Positions 1 to 12,868 of a stretch of DNA of 64,000 nt are shown here, one piece after another. The position numbers and the translations under genes were made by a program. Within the stretch, counting starts at the first letter, position 1; every line of letters starts with the position of its first letter. A model generated the notes under the pieces. It was not told the DNA's origin and made no database searches. It saw only the letters and a program-made list of their open reading frames with translations. Source of the DNA: Fistulifera solaris (lineage: Eukaryota); contig AP026164.1 of the NCBI GenBank assembly GCA_030295235.1, forward strand, positions 1,612,001 through 1,676,000, given 5' to 3'.

Positions 1-1183
1 TCTCGATTTTGGCCCGTGCCTTCGTTCCCACTTCTTTTATCTTCTCGCCTTTCTTTCCTATGACGATCAATTTTTGACTGTCTCGTTCAACGATCACAGA
101 GGCAGCAATCCGTGTCACGGGTTTGGAATTTCCCACATCACGAGGCTCTTTGAACTCTTCTATTTGAACTTCGCAACAATAGGGAAGTTCCTTGTTCAGA
201 CATTCAAAGAGAGATGATCGTATGATCTCCGAGGCAATAAACCTTTCCGTTCGATCGGTCAATGCTTCTTGATCATACAAAGGTGGACTTTGCGGCAGTA
301 GCGCTTTCGCTTCCTCATCGGTAAGGAATCGTACATTCGGTTTAGCATACATTCCGGGCACGGGTCTGCCCAATTCTCGCAATGACTCTGGAACGCCAGG
401 TCCTCCTACCAGTAAACGACGAAGAGCCACGACACCGGGATCATTGGGACCCTTACTAGCAGAACACGGAAGAATCGCCAACGCGTCGGGCAAAAGTTGC
501 CGCCAGATGGCCACCGCCTGCTCGACGGTTACCGATTTGTCCTGATTCTCCGGAGCTGTCACGTTTACCACCGAAGCCAGGTCAATCTTATTAATCACAA
601 CAATGGTTGGTTTCCCGCTGCGCTGAACTTTGGCAAATAATTCGTCGTCGGGTATGGGCGTACTGAAAAGATCCGTGACCACCATCAACACGTCGGCATC
701 CCGAAACGCCCCCACGACGGCCTCCATCATTCCCTCTTGTAGTTTATAAGAAGGAGTCGCAATAACACCCGGTGTGTCGACCAAACATACTTGACACGAC
801 TCGGTCGTCAACAATCCCAAAATGGCGTGTCGTGTCGTTTGGGGCCGCGCTGTCGTGATGCACAAATCTTCTTGCAGCAATGCATTGAGTAGAGTGCTTT
901 TCCCCATGTTGGGTGCACCAATGATACTAATGAATCCACAACGGTAATCTGTAAAATCTGATCCTTTGAGTCGGCCACTGTAATCAAATTGGGAATCGAG
1001 TTTTTCGAATAATAATTTGCCATTCTTGTTGATGGATATCTCTGGTTCTTTATCTTCATCTTCAGTAAGAGACTGCATATGGCGATAGGACCGTGATATT
1101 TGCTTCCAACCGATAGTGAACGAAGCTACCGAGGTGAGTCTCGCGGTCATAACAAGTAAATGCAGTATTTGGAGTGGCTTCAT
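1..1183 (-). CDS. era: GTPase Era, probably plastid-targeted (3' end runs off the window)
   Basis: Manual translation from ATG 1183: MKPLQILHLLVMTARLTSVASF (signal peptide plus ASF motif), then CGFISIIGAPNMGKSTLLN (G1), QTTR (G2), DTPG (G3), NKID (G4), and a KH-like C-terminus (EIPYCCEV, VERDSQKLIVIGKKG). Absent from the ORF track because there is no stop inside the window. Confidence 0.92.
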   Translation of the reverse strand, partial: MKPLQILHLLVMTARLTSVASFTIGWKQISRSYRHMQSLTEDEDKEPEISINKNGKLLFEKLDSQFDYSGRLKGSDFTDYRCGFISIIGAPNMGKSTLLNALLQEDLCITTARPQTTRHAILGLLTTESCQVCLVDTPGVIATPSYKLQEGMMEAVVGAFRDADVLMVVTDLFSTPIPDDELFAKVQRSGKPTIVVINKIDLASVVNVTAPENQDKSVTVEQAVAIWRQLLPDALAILPCSASKGPNDPGVVALRRLLVGGPGVPESLRELGRPVPGMYAKPNVRFLTDEEAKALLPQSPPLYDQEALTDRTERFIASEIIRSSLFECLNKELPYCCEVQIEEFKEPRDVGNSKPVTRIAASVIVERDSQKLIVIGKKGEKIKEVGTKARAKIE

Positions 1184-1892
1184 GATGATTCGTCGTGCTC
1201 AAGGAACAAGTGGAACGGAAATGGAAGAACCGCTGTCGCGTGGCAGATTGCGGGATCGATTATGAAACAGAAATATTTCTGCGTGAGTTTTCAGCGTAGT
1301 GGACTTCTTCTTTTCTGCTTTGTTGATTGTGAGGGTCGAGACTGTTCGGCTGGTGATGAAAGATGTGATGGGGGCGTCGAACATCAAACTCATGAAAACG
1401 TTTTGAACTCGTTTCTTTTGTAGGCGTTTTTGGTGGGTGGAGCAACGAGCAATAACAAAAGGGTAGGAGTTTCGCACTTGTTCCGTCCTACGCCCGTTGC
1501 GATAATTCGTTCCATGACGTCACAAGAAGATGTTTTTAAGTTATTCCATCCGGTAATCGCAGGAAAGAAGTAGACCCGTGTGTTGGTATGGTCATGGACA
1601 CAGTCATTCGTTCGCGGCAACGCAACGGATAGCCAAGGCGAACGTGCGGTGCGTGCGTTTCACCCTTGAACTATCGACGCTAAAGTAGCGTACAATCTTT
1701 TTCACTCGTACCAAAGGCTGCTGCGATGGAGGGCGAACGCCGAAGATTTTTCATCCAACTGCAGCACACGCCGCAGACCAGCAACAACACAGATGAAATT
1801 AAAAAAAGAGTCAAGGAGGTTGTAATACAAAAGCAAACAAAGATATATATATATTGACGTCTTTTGGGAATTGATTTACAAAAGATTAAGCG

Positions 1893-4800
1893 ATGGCAGC
1901 CGTTCCGCTCACCTTTAGCAATGTGCTAAACGTAAGTTCGTCCGTGCGATCTTTCGCCCCGTAGAGCATCTACGGCCGTGTTCGTACCTCCTCAACGGTT
2001 CACTGCCTCTACGAGATTGGAGTGAATTGCTTCTTCTGGATAGCAATTTATTGCAAAGAACTGTATTTTCTCTCGTTTCGATGATTGATGGGAGGTCGGA
2101 GACAATGAACTTTGCAAAGACTCAACTGCCGCCGCGGTAGTCATTCGCATTGGCTTGCTCGAACGGCCGATTGGATTGCCTTCGGATCGTCACAAATGCA
2201 TAATTTAAACTAACGCGCGTCCCTTTTCTTTGCTTACTTTAGCTTCAACAACTCGGCGTTCCGGAAACGAGCATCAAACATGGTCTTACGACTATGGAAT
2301 CCGATCGATGGATCATTAGCGTTGAGCCCAACAACCTGGTGATGGTAGACCTGTTAAACGGAGCGCAAGTCACGAGGAGGCCGATGGCCGCCGAGGCGGC
2401 TCTCATGAACCCGTCGCAGAATATTCTCGCTCTCCGATCGCAGAATAATTTGCAAATCTTCAACATTGATCAAAAAGCCAAGTTGAAAGCGCATGTCTTC
2501 CCGGAACCCATCGTCTACTGGAAATGGACCAGTTCGACCAACATTGGCTTGGTCACCGCTACTTCGGTGTACCACTGGTCACTGGAGGGACAGTCCCCGC
2601 CGGTCAAGGTCTTTGATCGCCACCAAAGCTTGGGAGGAGGCGTGCAGATCATCAACTACCGCGTCTCCCCCGACGGCAAATGGTGCTTGCTCGGTGGGAT
2701 CAGCGCAGGAGCCGGGGGCGTGGTCAATGGGAACATGCAATTGTACAACGTCGACAAGAAAGTCTCCCAGCCTCTGACGGGTCACGCGGCGGCGTTTGCC
2801 ACACTCAAGCTTCCTGGACGTGAAGAAGCCCAAGTGATTGTGTTCCACGAAAAGAAGCCCACCGGAGAACCGCCCAAGCTGTTTGTACGAGAGATTGGTC
2901 GTGACCCCGCCAAAGGTCCCGCCTTTGGTATTACGCCGGCCGACATTCCTCTTCCACCGGATGCCGCCAATGATTTCCCCGTCAGTATGTCGATCGATCA
3001 GAAGGACGAGCTGGCGTTCATGCTGACCAAGAGTGGATACCTCTTCATGTTTGACATTCACAGCGGAAAGACAGTGTACCGTGCCAAGGTCACTCAAGAT
3101 GTTGTGTTCACCACCTGTACGCAGGATTCGTCGGGTGCCGTCTTTGGTATCACGGTCCGCAAGGGAGATGTCTTCCGCTTGCAGCTCAACGGACAGGCTC
3201 TGGTGCCCTACATCCTGAACACTTTGCGTGACAATGCCCTCGCTCTACAACTTGCTGGCCGCTTGAATTTGCCCGGTGCCGAAAACCTCTTTGCCGCCGA
3301 GTTTGAGCGCCTCATGGCTCAGGGAAATGTGCAAGAAGCCGCGCGCGTGGTGGCTGGATCGGGCAGCGCGTTGCGGACTCCGGCGACCATTGCACGATTC
3401 CAGCAGATCCCCGTCCAGCCCGGACAAGTGCCTCCGCTCTTGCAGTACTTTTCGATTTTACTCGAAACTGGAAAATTGAACGAACAAGAATCCATCGAGG
3501 TGGCCCGTCCGGTTTTGCAACAGAACCGATTGCCTCTCATGGAAAAGTGGCTCAAGGAAGACAAACTTCAGGCTTCGGAAACTTTGGGTGATTTGATCAT
3601 GCCTTATGATGCCGGTATGGCGTTGTCGGTGTTCTTGCGGGCAAACTGTCACGCGAAAGCCATTCATTGCTTTGTCCAGCGCGGGGAGTACGACAAAATT
3701 GTTCCCTACGCGTCGAGCGTTGGCTTCACCATGGACTACTCGTCCATGTTGAACCAGTTGCTGTTCAACAACCCACAGGGTGCGCTCGACTTGGCCAAGG
3801 GATTGGTCAACGCGGAAGGTGGTCCGCTCATCGACATTCAGGCAACGGCGGAAGCCTTCTTGAGCAGTAACCGTATTCAGGAGACGACGGCGTTTTTGTT
3901 GGAAGCGCTCAAGGACAACAAGCCGGAGCACGCGTACTTGCAGACCAAGTTGCTCGAAATCAACTTGATTGGCGGTGCACCACAAGTCGCGGATGCCATA
4001 ATGCAGCAGGGTCTGTTGACTCATTACGACCGACCCCACATTGGAAAGCTTTGCGAGAAAGCGGGCATGTGGCAACGCGCGGCGGAGCATTACACCGAGA
4101 TTTCGGACATCAAGCGCGTTTTCAAGAACAGTCATCAGATGAGCCCAGAATTCGTTGTCAGCTACTTTGGCAACTTGAACCGTGAGCAAAGTGTTTCTCT
4201 TCTCAAGGATATGATGGGTCGCGGTCCTCAGAACATGCAAGTGTGCGTGGAAGTGGCCAAGAAGTATCACGAAGAACTCGGAGCTGGCGATCTTGTTCAA
4301 GTGTTTGAACAAAACCGTGCCACGGAAGGTCTTTACTACTATCTTGGAGCGGTTGTCAATGTCTCGGAGGATCCCTTTGTCCACTTCAAATATATTCAGG
4401 CTTCGTGTATGCTTGGGCAGTTCAAGGAAGCTGAGCGTGTGTGCCGCGATTCCAACATTTACAATGCGGAAGAAGTCAAGGAATACCTCAAGAATGCCAA
4501 ATTACCCGATCCGCGTCCGCTGATCCATGTGTGCGACCGTCATGATTTTGTCGATGAGCTAACGGAATACTTATACCTCAACAGCCTTTTGCAATACATT
4601 GAGGTCTACGTCACGAAAGTATCCCCGGGCAAGACACCGATGGTGATTGGAAAGCTTTTCGACCTCGGTGCAAACGAGGACTTCATTAAGCGTCTCCTTA
4701 TGGCAGTCGGCACCGCATGCCCTGTCGATGAACTCGTCGAGATGGCCGAGACTCGTAACCGTCTTCGCTTGCTTCAACCATGGCTCGAAGCTCGTGTGGC

Positions 4801-7443
4801 GACCGGAAGCACCGAGCCTGGAACGCACAACGCTCTTGGAAAGATCTACATCACTCTCAATCGCGATCCGAAATCGTTCTTGTTGAACAATATGTTCTAC
4901 GATCCAAAAGTCTTGGGTCCGTATTGCGAATCGCTCGATCCTTCTTTGGCCTTTATTGCTTACAAGAAGGGAGCCGGTGAATGCGATGACCAGTTGATCA
5001 AAGTATGTCACGACCACGGACTATACCGTGACCTTGCAAAGTACCTTGTTGAGCGCCAGGACCTTACGCTTTGGGGTAAGGTTCTCAACAAAGAGGAAGG
5101 CAAAGAGGACGAAGAAGACCCTCAACGGCGCCAACTTATCGATCAAGTCGTCGAATGGGCTCTTCCAGAGAGCACAAATGCAGATGAAGTTTCTTGCACT
5201 GTCAAGGCTTTCATGGCCGCTGATTTGCCAGCTGAACTTATCAACCTCCTCGAGCGAATTGTTCTGCAAGGTTCGGACTTTTCGGACAACAAAAACTTAC
5301 AGAATCTTCTCATTCTTACTGCCATCCGTGCCGATACCTCTCGTGTCGGGGGATACATTGATCAGCTTGACAACTTTGATGCCAAGGACATTGCGCTTAT
5401 CTGTGTGTCAGAGCAACACATGCTTTATGAAGAGGGTTTCAATATTTACGTTAAGTTTGCCAAGCCGGAGTTCACGCAAGACAAAGACGAGCAGGTTGAA
5501 ATGCAAGTTCTTGCTATGGGTGTATTGGTGGACTACTTGAAAGACCTCGACCGCGGTAAAACTTACGCCGTCCAATGCGAAGAGAAACCGGTTTGGTCGA
5601 AGCTCGGAAAAGCTCAGCTCGAAGGTAAACATGCCGCTGATGCAATTGAGAGCTTCATTAATGCCCAAGATCCCAGTGAATACGTCATGGTTTGTGCTGA
5701 GGCAAATGAAGCAGAAATCTGGACCGAGCTCATTCCATTCCTCATTATGGCTCGCAAGACTATGCAAGAGAATCTCGTTGACACTGAACTCATTTATTCG
5801 TACGCCCGAACAAACAACCTGACCGAGATGGAAAAGTTTGTCAATGGTCCGAACGTCGCAAATATCCAAACGATTGGCGACCGTTGTTTCTCCGAGAGTC
5901 TCTACCATGCCGCGAAGATCCTCTATATCAACATTAACAACAATTCCAAGTTGGCACTTTGTCATATTCAACTTGAAGAATACAGAGAGGCTGTTGATGC
6001 TGCTAAAAAGGCGAACAATGTTTCGACGTGGAAGGCGGTGTGTTTCGCGTGTTTGCGTGCCGACGAATTCAGATTGTCTGCCACCTGTGGTCTCGAGGTC
6101 ATCAAATATCCCGACCATGTTGACGATGTTGTGACATACTACTCCGATCTTGGCCATTTCACGCACCTTGTTTCTCTTTTCGAGCAAGGAATTGGTCTCG
6201 AGGATGCGCACATTGGAATCTTCACCGAACTGGGTGTCTTGTACACGAAGCATGTTCCTGAGAAAGTCATGGATCATTGCAAGGTCTTCTTCAGCAAGCT
6301 CAACGTTTCGAAGGTGGTTCGTGCTTGCGAGCGGGCACGTCTGTTCAAGCCGACTGTGTATCTATACATGCAAGATAAGCAATATGATAACGCTGTGAAA
6401 ACGATGATGGAGCGTGCCAACGCCTGGGAAAACGATCTCTTCTTGGATTCAGTCACTAAAGTCCGCAATGCAGAACTCATTTACAAAGCTGTTGGCCATT
6501 ATCTCACCTACCACCCTATGCTGTTCACCCGTTTGATGGAAGTTCTTGAGGAAACTGCAGATCACTCTCGAGTTGTCAGCCAATTGCGACGCACAGGTGA
6601 CTGGGCGCTACAATTGGGTCAATCTTACTTGAAGGCTGTACAGAAATACAACTTGACGGCTGTCAACGAAGCGCTGAACGAGGTACGTTTGCTTTTTTGT
6701 TTTGTCTTTGATGAACTCGGCAGGCACAGAACGACTCACAATTACTTGTCTTACAGCTCTACGTCGAAGATGAAGACTACACTAGCTTGAGAAAATCTAT
6801 TGACAGTTTCAACAACTTTAATATGATCGCGCTTGCTTCCAAACTTGCTACCCACGAATTGCTTGAGTTCCGTCGTATCTCCGCATACGTATACCGACGA
6901 AACAAGAAGTACAGTCAGTCGATTGAGTTGTCGAAACACGATCGCATGTACAAGGATTGCATTGACACGGCTGATGAATCTGCCGACGCTGAAATCATTG
7001 AAGGCCTTCTTCGGTTCTTCTGCGAAACATCCGAGAAAGAGTGCTTTTGCGCAGCGCTTTACACTTGCTTCACTCACATTTCACCCGATGTCGCACTTGA
7101 ACTTGCCTGGATCAATGGTTATCAGAACTTCGTCATGCCGTTCGTCATTCAGACTTTTCGAAGAACTCATATGCGCCTTAAGGCTCTGGAGGAACGCACT
7201 GCACCTCCGGCGGAAGCAGGAAATGCGCAAGATACCATCGCTGCTACGTACGGACAGCTCGGCGGATTTGGTTCGGGTGTTTTGATGTTGGAGAACGGCG
7301 GTCCCAGTTTTATGCCTCCGATGGGAGGTGGTGGTCTTGACATGAGTGGATTTGCTCAGGCACAGCCACAAATGATGGGAGGTATGCCGAACGGAGGCAT
7401 GCCGCATATGCAACCCGGTATGATGCCTGGTATGGGCATGTAA
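1893..7443 (+). CDS. CHC: Clathrin heavy chain, 3 exons (1893-1931, 2243-6682, 6757-7443)
   Basis: TMESDRWI, KLPDPRPLIHVCDR, LQNLLILTAIRAD and LLEFRRISAY are hallmark CHC segments. GT-AG introns 1932-2242 and 6683-6756 join the exons in frame. Confidence 0.97.
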
Positions 7444-7592
7444 GCAGGTAGTGTGACCAGCAAAAGCACTAACGTAGAAAGTAACTTGATTTAACAACCG
7501 AAAGAAGAAAGCTAGCTTGTTGACAGCTAGTAAGATGTTCTTATTATTTGCACTTGAATCGAATTATGAGCGCGATTAATCACCACTTCAAG

Positions 7593-8420
7593 TCATCGAG
7601 TGTCATCAAATTGATACAATTTGTGCTCCTTGATGTAGTTTAAGACCGACGGTGTAATCATTTGCGAAAGTTTGCTTTCATCTGAACATTGCCGTACCTG
7701 ACTACTCGAAACGTTCGTGAGTGATTCTACCTCGAGCAATTGCGCCCCCGGCATTTGTTGAACTTTTTCTTGTAACATGGCAATATCCGCGGAATGCCGA
7801 TGGAAGACCACGAAACGTCCCTGCAACAAGCCCAGCACGCGTTGACTTTCTTTCCATTTCCCTGCCAATAAATCCAAAAAAGCGTCCGCTCCTAAACAGA
7901 AGTAATACTCGACAGACGAGTTATCCAGGGACTGATAATATTCCATCAAGGCGGCGGTTCCCACAGAAACTTGAGCGGCTTCTTCTTCGGATCTAAGGCA
8001 TAGTGAGCGTAAGCGTAACCAACATGACTAGTTCGAGTACAGCGATGGACAATAACGACTTACAATCCTGCTACGGCGTGCCGCCATGATTGATATTCAG
8101 CATCCGACACGACCACTTTGGGAGAAAGATCCGCAAACGCTCGATGGCACATATTCCATCGATGTTCGAAGGATACCAGCCGTTGGCGTTTGTCCTGCAT
8201 TTAGTGATATTGAGCAAACTACTAGAACACGAAAAGGCAAGGCAAGAACAAATTAACGTACTTGATACGTATGCCGATACACGGGCAAAATGTGCACTTC
8301 ATCGAATAGGTCGACGAGAGCTTGAACGATGCCTACATGGCCTCCGTGTCCCGTTGGAGGATCGGCAGATAAGCCATATAAGGCAATGTGACGCATTTTT
8401 CGAGACGATGTATGTGTCAT
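7593..8420 (-). CDS. Nicotinate/nicotinamide-nucleotide adenylyltransferase-like (NadD/NMNAT, cytidylyltransferase fold), 3 exons
   Basis: Manual translation gives IALYGLSADPPTGHGGHVGI (HxGH-like), FCLGADAF and VSSSQVR. GT-AG introns at 8195-8261 and about 7993-8063. Confidence 0.8.
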
Positions 8421-8779
8421 GGGAGGATAAATGGGCGTTGACTCTTCTTCTTTTGACTTGACTCTCGTCTCCTACTATCTTTGTCGCCATCAAATAATAA
8501 TATCACTCGGTCCTCGGTCGTTTTTTCTCTTACGAAATGTTTCAACAACACGTTTGGAAGTAGTTTTGCACTTAATGGTAGACAGCGTTCTTTATAACCG
8601 GTACGATAGCAACTACTAAATGCTTTAACGTTAACCTTATTGTGTTCTTGGATTCTTATTCAGCACAAACGAAGCCGAAAAAGTGGCTGACCGTCATCCT
8701 CGTGCCTTTCATATTATCTTTCCTTCTTTTCGCATTGATACTGCGTAGCCTGGTCTCCTCTTTCCTCCATTTTTCGGCG

Positions 8780-9925
8780 ATGATAAAGGAGTTAAGTTCG
8801 TCAAGAGTTTTGAGTCGATGGTATCATCACAACAATATACTGTTCACAACAACAACAACAACAACAGCATGGCAACGGAATGGTTTTCGTCGTCCTCTCA
8901 CAAAACGCCGCCTGCTCTACACACCATCCGCTCGACAATTTTCTTCTACTGTAAAGAATTTTCTGGGTTCACCAATCACTTTTCAAAGTCCCTGGGACGC
9001 TACCAATTCATGGATCCGACCTCTCGATGATCACCCCGTACTCGACATGCAGAGTCGGCATCTTCTGCAGCTACTACAAGAACTGTATCAACACAAGCGA
9101 CCCCTAACTTACGATCAAGTCACCACCGATCGGTGCAATGCGATGTTGCACCACTTATTTTCACAAACAACGAATGACCGGGTGTTTCCTTACCCCGACC
9201 GATCCGATCGTGCGCACGCTGTATTGCAGGCGATGCAATGGTTCGAAGAATATCCTCACACAGACCGTCGACCTTGTGTGTGGCCGAATCCCGACCGAGA
9301 CACGTACCGCGCGGTCTTACATTTGGATTCTCGGACAGCCGGACCGGCCCGCATTCCGGAACGGGCCCTGCGGACGGTTTGGCATTTACAGCATTTGTAC
9401 GAAACGCGGGGACACGTGCAATTTAAGCCACACGGATTTCATTGGATGTGTGTCTTTTATGCATGGAAGGAATGTACCGATGACAATAAAGCGCAGCGGG
9501 CATTGGAATTGTTGTTTGAGTTGCGACTAGATGAACGAGTCGAATTGAATGATACGGTGTATTTGACGGTATTGCGATTGTGTGCCGCGTCCCCCAACGA
9601 AACGACGATAGATGGTGCGGTGCAGCTGTGGTCGAATCTCAAAGACCAGGTGCTGATTTCTCACTATTACAGTGCGTTCCTGCAAGTATTCCGGTACCTG
9701 CCCAACCAAAGGCGAGTGCCTTTATTCGAAGAGTGTTTTCAACAAGCCTGTCAATTTGGGAAGGTAAATCAAATTATATTGAACGAATTTCTTGTGCATA
9801 CAAAATGGCAAAGCTCAATTGCCAAGTATTTTGGAGAGTACCCCATTGCGGGCTTGCCACCGAAAGAATCGGTGCAGGTGTTGGTACGCTCCGTCCCGTC
9901 TTCCTGGATGCAAAACGCAGATTAA
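8780..9925 (+). CDS. Hypothetical helical-repeat (PPR-like) protein, probably mitochondrial
   Basis: Long ORF with an Arg/Ser/Thr-rich, acid-poor N-terminus. Degenerate PPR-like units (PDRDTYRAVL, HWMCVFYAW, DTVYLTVLRLCA). Confidence 0.55.
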   Translation: MIKELSSSRVLSRWYHHNNILFTTTTTTTAWQRNGFRRPLTKRRLLYTPSARQFSSTVKNFLGSPITFQSPWDATNSWIRPLDDHPVLDMQSRHLLQLLQELYQHKRPLTYDQVTTDRCNAMLHHLFSQTTNDRVFPYPDRSDRAHAVLQAMQWFEEYPHTDRRPCVWPNPDRDTYRAVLHLDSRTAGPARIPERALRTVWHLQHLYETRGHVQFKPHGFHWMCVFYAWKECTDDNKAQRALELLFELRLDERVELNDTVYLTVLRLCAASPNETTIDGAVQLWSNLKDQVLISHYYSAFLQVFRYLPNQRRVPLFEECFQQACQFGKVNQIILNEFLVHTKWQSSIAKYFGEYPIAGLPPKESVQVLVRSVPSSWMQNAD

Positions 9926-10321
9926 CAATCGTAGTGCTTCTGTTCACATTATTTTTACTTTTTATAGTTTTGATAGTTAAAAGAACAGATTACTGAGAGC
10001 GAATTGTCGAACTCCTGTGAGATATTCGACAGGACCCGTTTTCAAACCTTTCCCGGGAACCGGGACTTGGGATTTCATTCGCGTGTTGCAGTCTTGCCGA
10101 CGGCGTTTTCCGCCACTCGCGACTGACTCGCGACCCCGTCAGCCTACGTCATTATGGGCAGTCCCGAGCTAGATCTGCGTCTGCAGAAAAATCATTGATA
10201 CGCAGAATAACTTTGTTGCGATTCACAATAATTTAGACCAAAGATTACCATCGTTCCAAGCGAACCGCAAGAAGGATGCAGAAGGAAGTCGACCCTTAAA
10301 TAGAAGAGCAAGACGGATCAC

Positions 10322-11761
10322 ATGAAAACGAACAGGATGAAACGAGAATTGAAACGAGTTTGCTGTCTGTTGACGATGGTTCTGACCTCCACAGGTGCAT
10401 TCGTATCGGTGAATCGTCCTTCCCGCGTACTGCCATCATCAACAAACTCTTTGTCCGCGAAAGAGTCTCAAACTTTTCGAGATGATAGCTTTGAAAAATC
10501 AAGTATAGTTCAAAAGTTCTTTCCTTCCTCATCCGAGAAAGAGACTCCCGTCGAGAAGCAAGAGAAGGAAAGCAATGGTTGGTCCTTTAATTTTCTTCGA
10601 AGGAATAAAGAAACAAAGTTGGAAAAGTCCTCTTCTCAGACAGAAAAACGCTCTTCAGACAGGAAAAAGGGCGAAGAAAAGAAGAAGAAGAAGCAACCAT
10701 CTGAAACGAAGGCTCAAATGAAACCAAGCAACGATAAATCATCGTCCAAAGAGAAAAAGGAGGAGAAGAAGAAACGACAGGGAAAAGAAGCAAAGCAACC
10801 CCAGAAAGAGGAACGAGCTGAATCAAAGTCTTTTCCGGTTCGAAGCTTTGTCGGTGGTTTATTTGCTGGTGATGATACTGCCTCGGGTCAAACTGATACG
10901 AAGGAAGCAAAAGCAAGCAAACAACAAAAACAAAAGGATGAAAAGAAGGTAGGAACTCCATCTGAATCGAAATCATTTCCAGTACGGAGTTTTGTAGGTG
11001 GCTTGTTTACCGGCGACGATACCGCTTCGGGTCAAACTGATAGAAAGGCATCAAAGGCAAACAAACAACAACAACAACAGGAGGAAAAGAAGGAAGGAAC
11101 ACCAAACAGTAATTTCGTCAGAGGTCTTTTTTAACAAAGACGATGATACATCCAAAATAAAGAAGGAAGACTCTGATACGAACATTACTAGTGTTTTCAG
11201 TTCGGTTCAGCGCTTCTTTGGAGGGACGTTTTTGAAAACAACAGAAACGACAATCAAGAGCAGTGGGTTCCTGTTTTTCCCAAGACGCGCCTTTCACCGG
11301 GAGAAATCGTCCCTGCAACGATTGGTGGCATTGACCTTCTCGTGATTGCCTCAAAAGACGGGCGAAAGCTATATTGCATCGCCAATTCATGTTCTCACCT
11401 CGGAACGCCTCTTGAAACAGGCAAAATCGTTCGTCTTCCCGTGGAAGGAGCTGTCGACAAAGTAGATTCCAGTCGTCGTCCGACACTAACAGAAACTGAA
11501 GTGAGTGCAATACTGCAACAAGACGGCTTGGAAGACTGCATCGTGTGTCCCTTGCATCGAACAGCATTTGCACTGAAATCCGGTGAAGTGCGTGGTGAAT
11601 GGTGTCCGTATCCTCCCGTAGTGGGAAAGCTGGTGGGGACTGTCAAACAACCGACCGGCGTGGCTACGTTTGATATTCGTACCAAAGGAAAGCAGATTGA
11701 AGTGCGCATCAATTCTTTGCTCGACGAGCGGGACGAAAAATGGACGAATAATTCATCTTGA
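10322..11761 (+). CDS. Plastid-targeted Rieske [2Fe-2S] ferredoxin-like protein with a long charged N-terminal extension (two apparent homopolymer frameshifts, about 11130 and 11230)
   Basis: Signal peptide plus TGAF motif. C-terminal CSH...CPLH Rieske ligands and GEWCPYPP. Frames join if one base is corrected in each of two homopolymer runs. Confidence 0.75.
10820..11041 (+). repeat. Intragenic duplication of a 26-codon unit (10820-10897 and 10964-11041)
   Basis: ESKSFPVRSFVGGLF[A/T]GDDTASGQTD occurs twice, 144 nt apart. Confidence 0.9.
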
Positions 11762-11959
11762 AGCATAGAGTGATGCGTCCGTCTTGCTCCAGAAACAATG
11801 CCTCGGGACACCCTCTTTACACAGAATTCCACGATTTGCTAGAAACAAACTAATAATAGAGCTTCAGTAATTAAGTATCATTGTGTTAAAATCTAAGTCG
11901 CGGGGGTTATCTAAGCACTTTCTTTGTCTAACTCAAGATCCGCAACTTTGCCAGGTAAC

Positions 11960-12724
11960 TTATATGAACTCAGAGGAAGCTTCGACCACTTCTTCCTTAA
12001 TGTTCGGTTCCGGCTTCGCATCAAAATCACTCGGCATTTTAATGTTCGATTTGAATGAACCCTTGGACCGCATCCAGTAAAGCGCACCCGTCACACTGAC
12101 AATCAAGCACACCACAACAATCCCGAAGATGGCACCACCGGAAATACCTTCCTTCGCTGGCGGCCCAGGAATCGCATAAATTGGTTCTTCCACTGGACGA
12201 CTGCCTTTTTCGTATTGACAGTGCCGTCCTTCCCAATTCTCGTCGCAATCGCACAACGGATGATGTTCACCGGGCTTCACCATCCTGTTGCAAGTACCCC
12301 CGTTCGTACAGAACGCATGCACCGAGTCGACTTTCCCAATTTCACACGACACTTGCGCCGCAAATTCGCATTGATGCCCGGCGTACATTTTCCCTCCTTT
12401 CTTGGCACTCGAGCAATCGCACGTCCACTCTTGCGTCTCGGAATTTTGTTGACATTTGCCACCGTGCAGACACGAGCGTGCCCCGTCGGGACTGACGGTA
12501 TCGGGACAAATATCGAGTCGAATGGAACAATCGTCACCATCAAAGCCGTCATTGCAAATGCAGCGTTCCGTGCAGTTGTTGCCACAGGATTGCGTATCGA
12601 GACGGCATCGTCCGTGCGCCCCGCATCCGTACGCGATGGTGCCGCAGGCTTCGTCTTGTCCGGACGTGACTATTAACAAAGTAGTAGAGACGATGAGGAA
12701 AAGAAAGGACCAAGTGGAATGCAT
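11960..12724 (-). CDS. EGF-like-domain single-pass membrane protein
   Basis: Signal peptide, three Cys-rich EGF-like modules (CxCxxGxxGxxC) and a TM segment GAIFGIVVVCLIVSVTGALYW. Confidence 0.8.
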   Translation of the reverse strand: MHSTWSFLFLIVSTTLLIVTSGQDEACGTIAYGCGAHGRCRLDTQSCGNNCTERCICNDGFDGDDCSIRLDICPDTVSPDGARSCLHGGKCQQNSETQEWTCDCSSAKKGGKMYAGHQCEFAAQVSCEIGKVDSVHAFCTNGGTCNRMVKPGEHHPLCDCDENWEGRHCQYEKGSRPVEEPIYAIPGPPAKEGISGGAIFGIVVVCLIVSVTGALYWMRSKGSFKSNIKMPSDFDAKPEPNIKEEVVEASSEFI

Positions 12725-12831
12725 GATAGAAAAGAACTGAATGAATAAATCGTAAAAGGAATCAATGTTTGTTTACGCCACGTCTCTACCTGGTAGTTTT
12801 TTTTGTGCGATGAAGGGTGCACAGTGCACAC

Positions 12832-12868
12832 AAAACGAAAACGAAAACGAAACGAAACGAACGAAACC
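12832..12868 (+). repeat. Degenerate (AAAACG)n microsatellite upstream of the EGF gene
   Basis: aaaacgaaaacgaaaacgaaacgaaacgaacgaaac is visible in the sequence. Confidence 0.7.

Noticed and set aside
1932..2242. Long first introns of clathrin (311 nt) and atp1 (370 nt) as snoRNA hosts
   Set aside because: I found no convincing C/D or H/ACA box arrangement or terminal stem by eye. Longer first introns are common.
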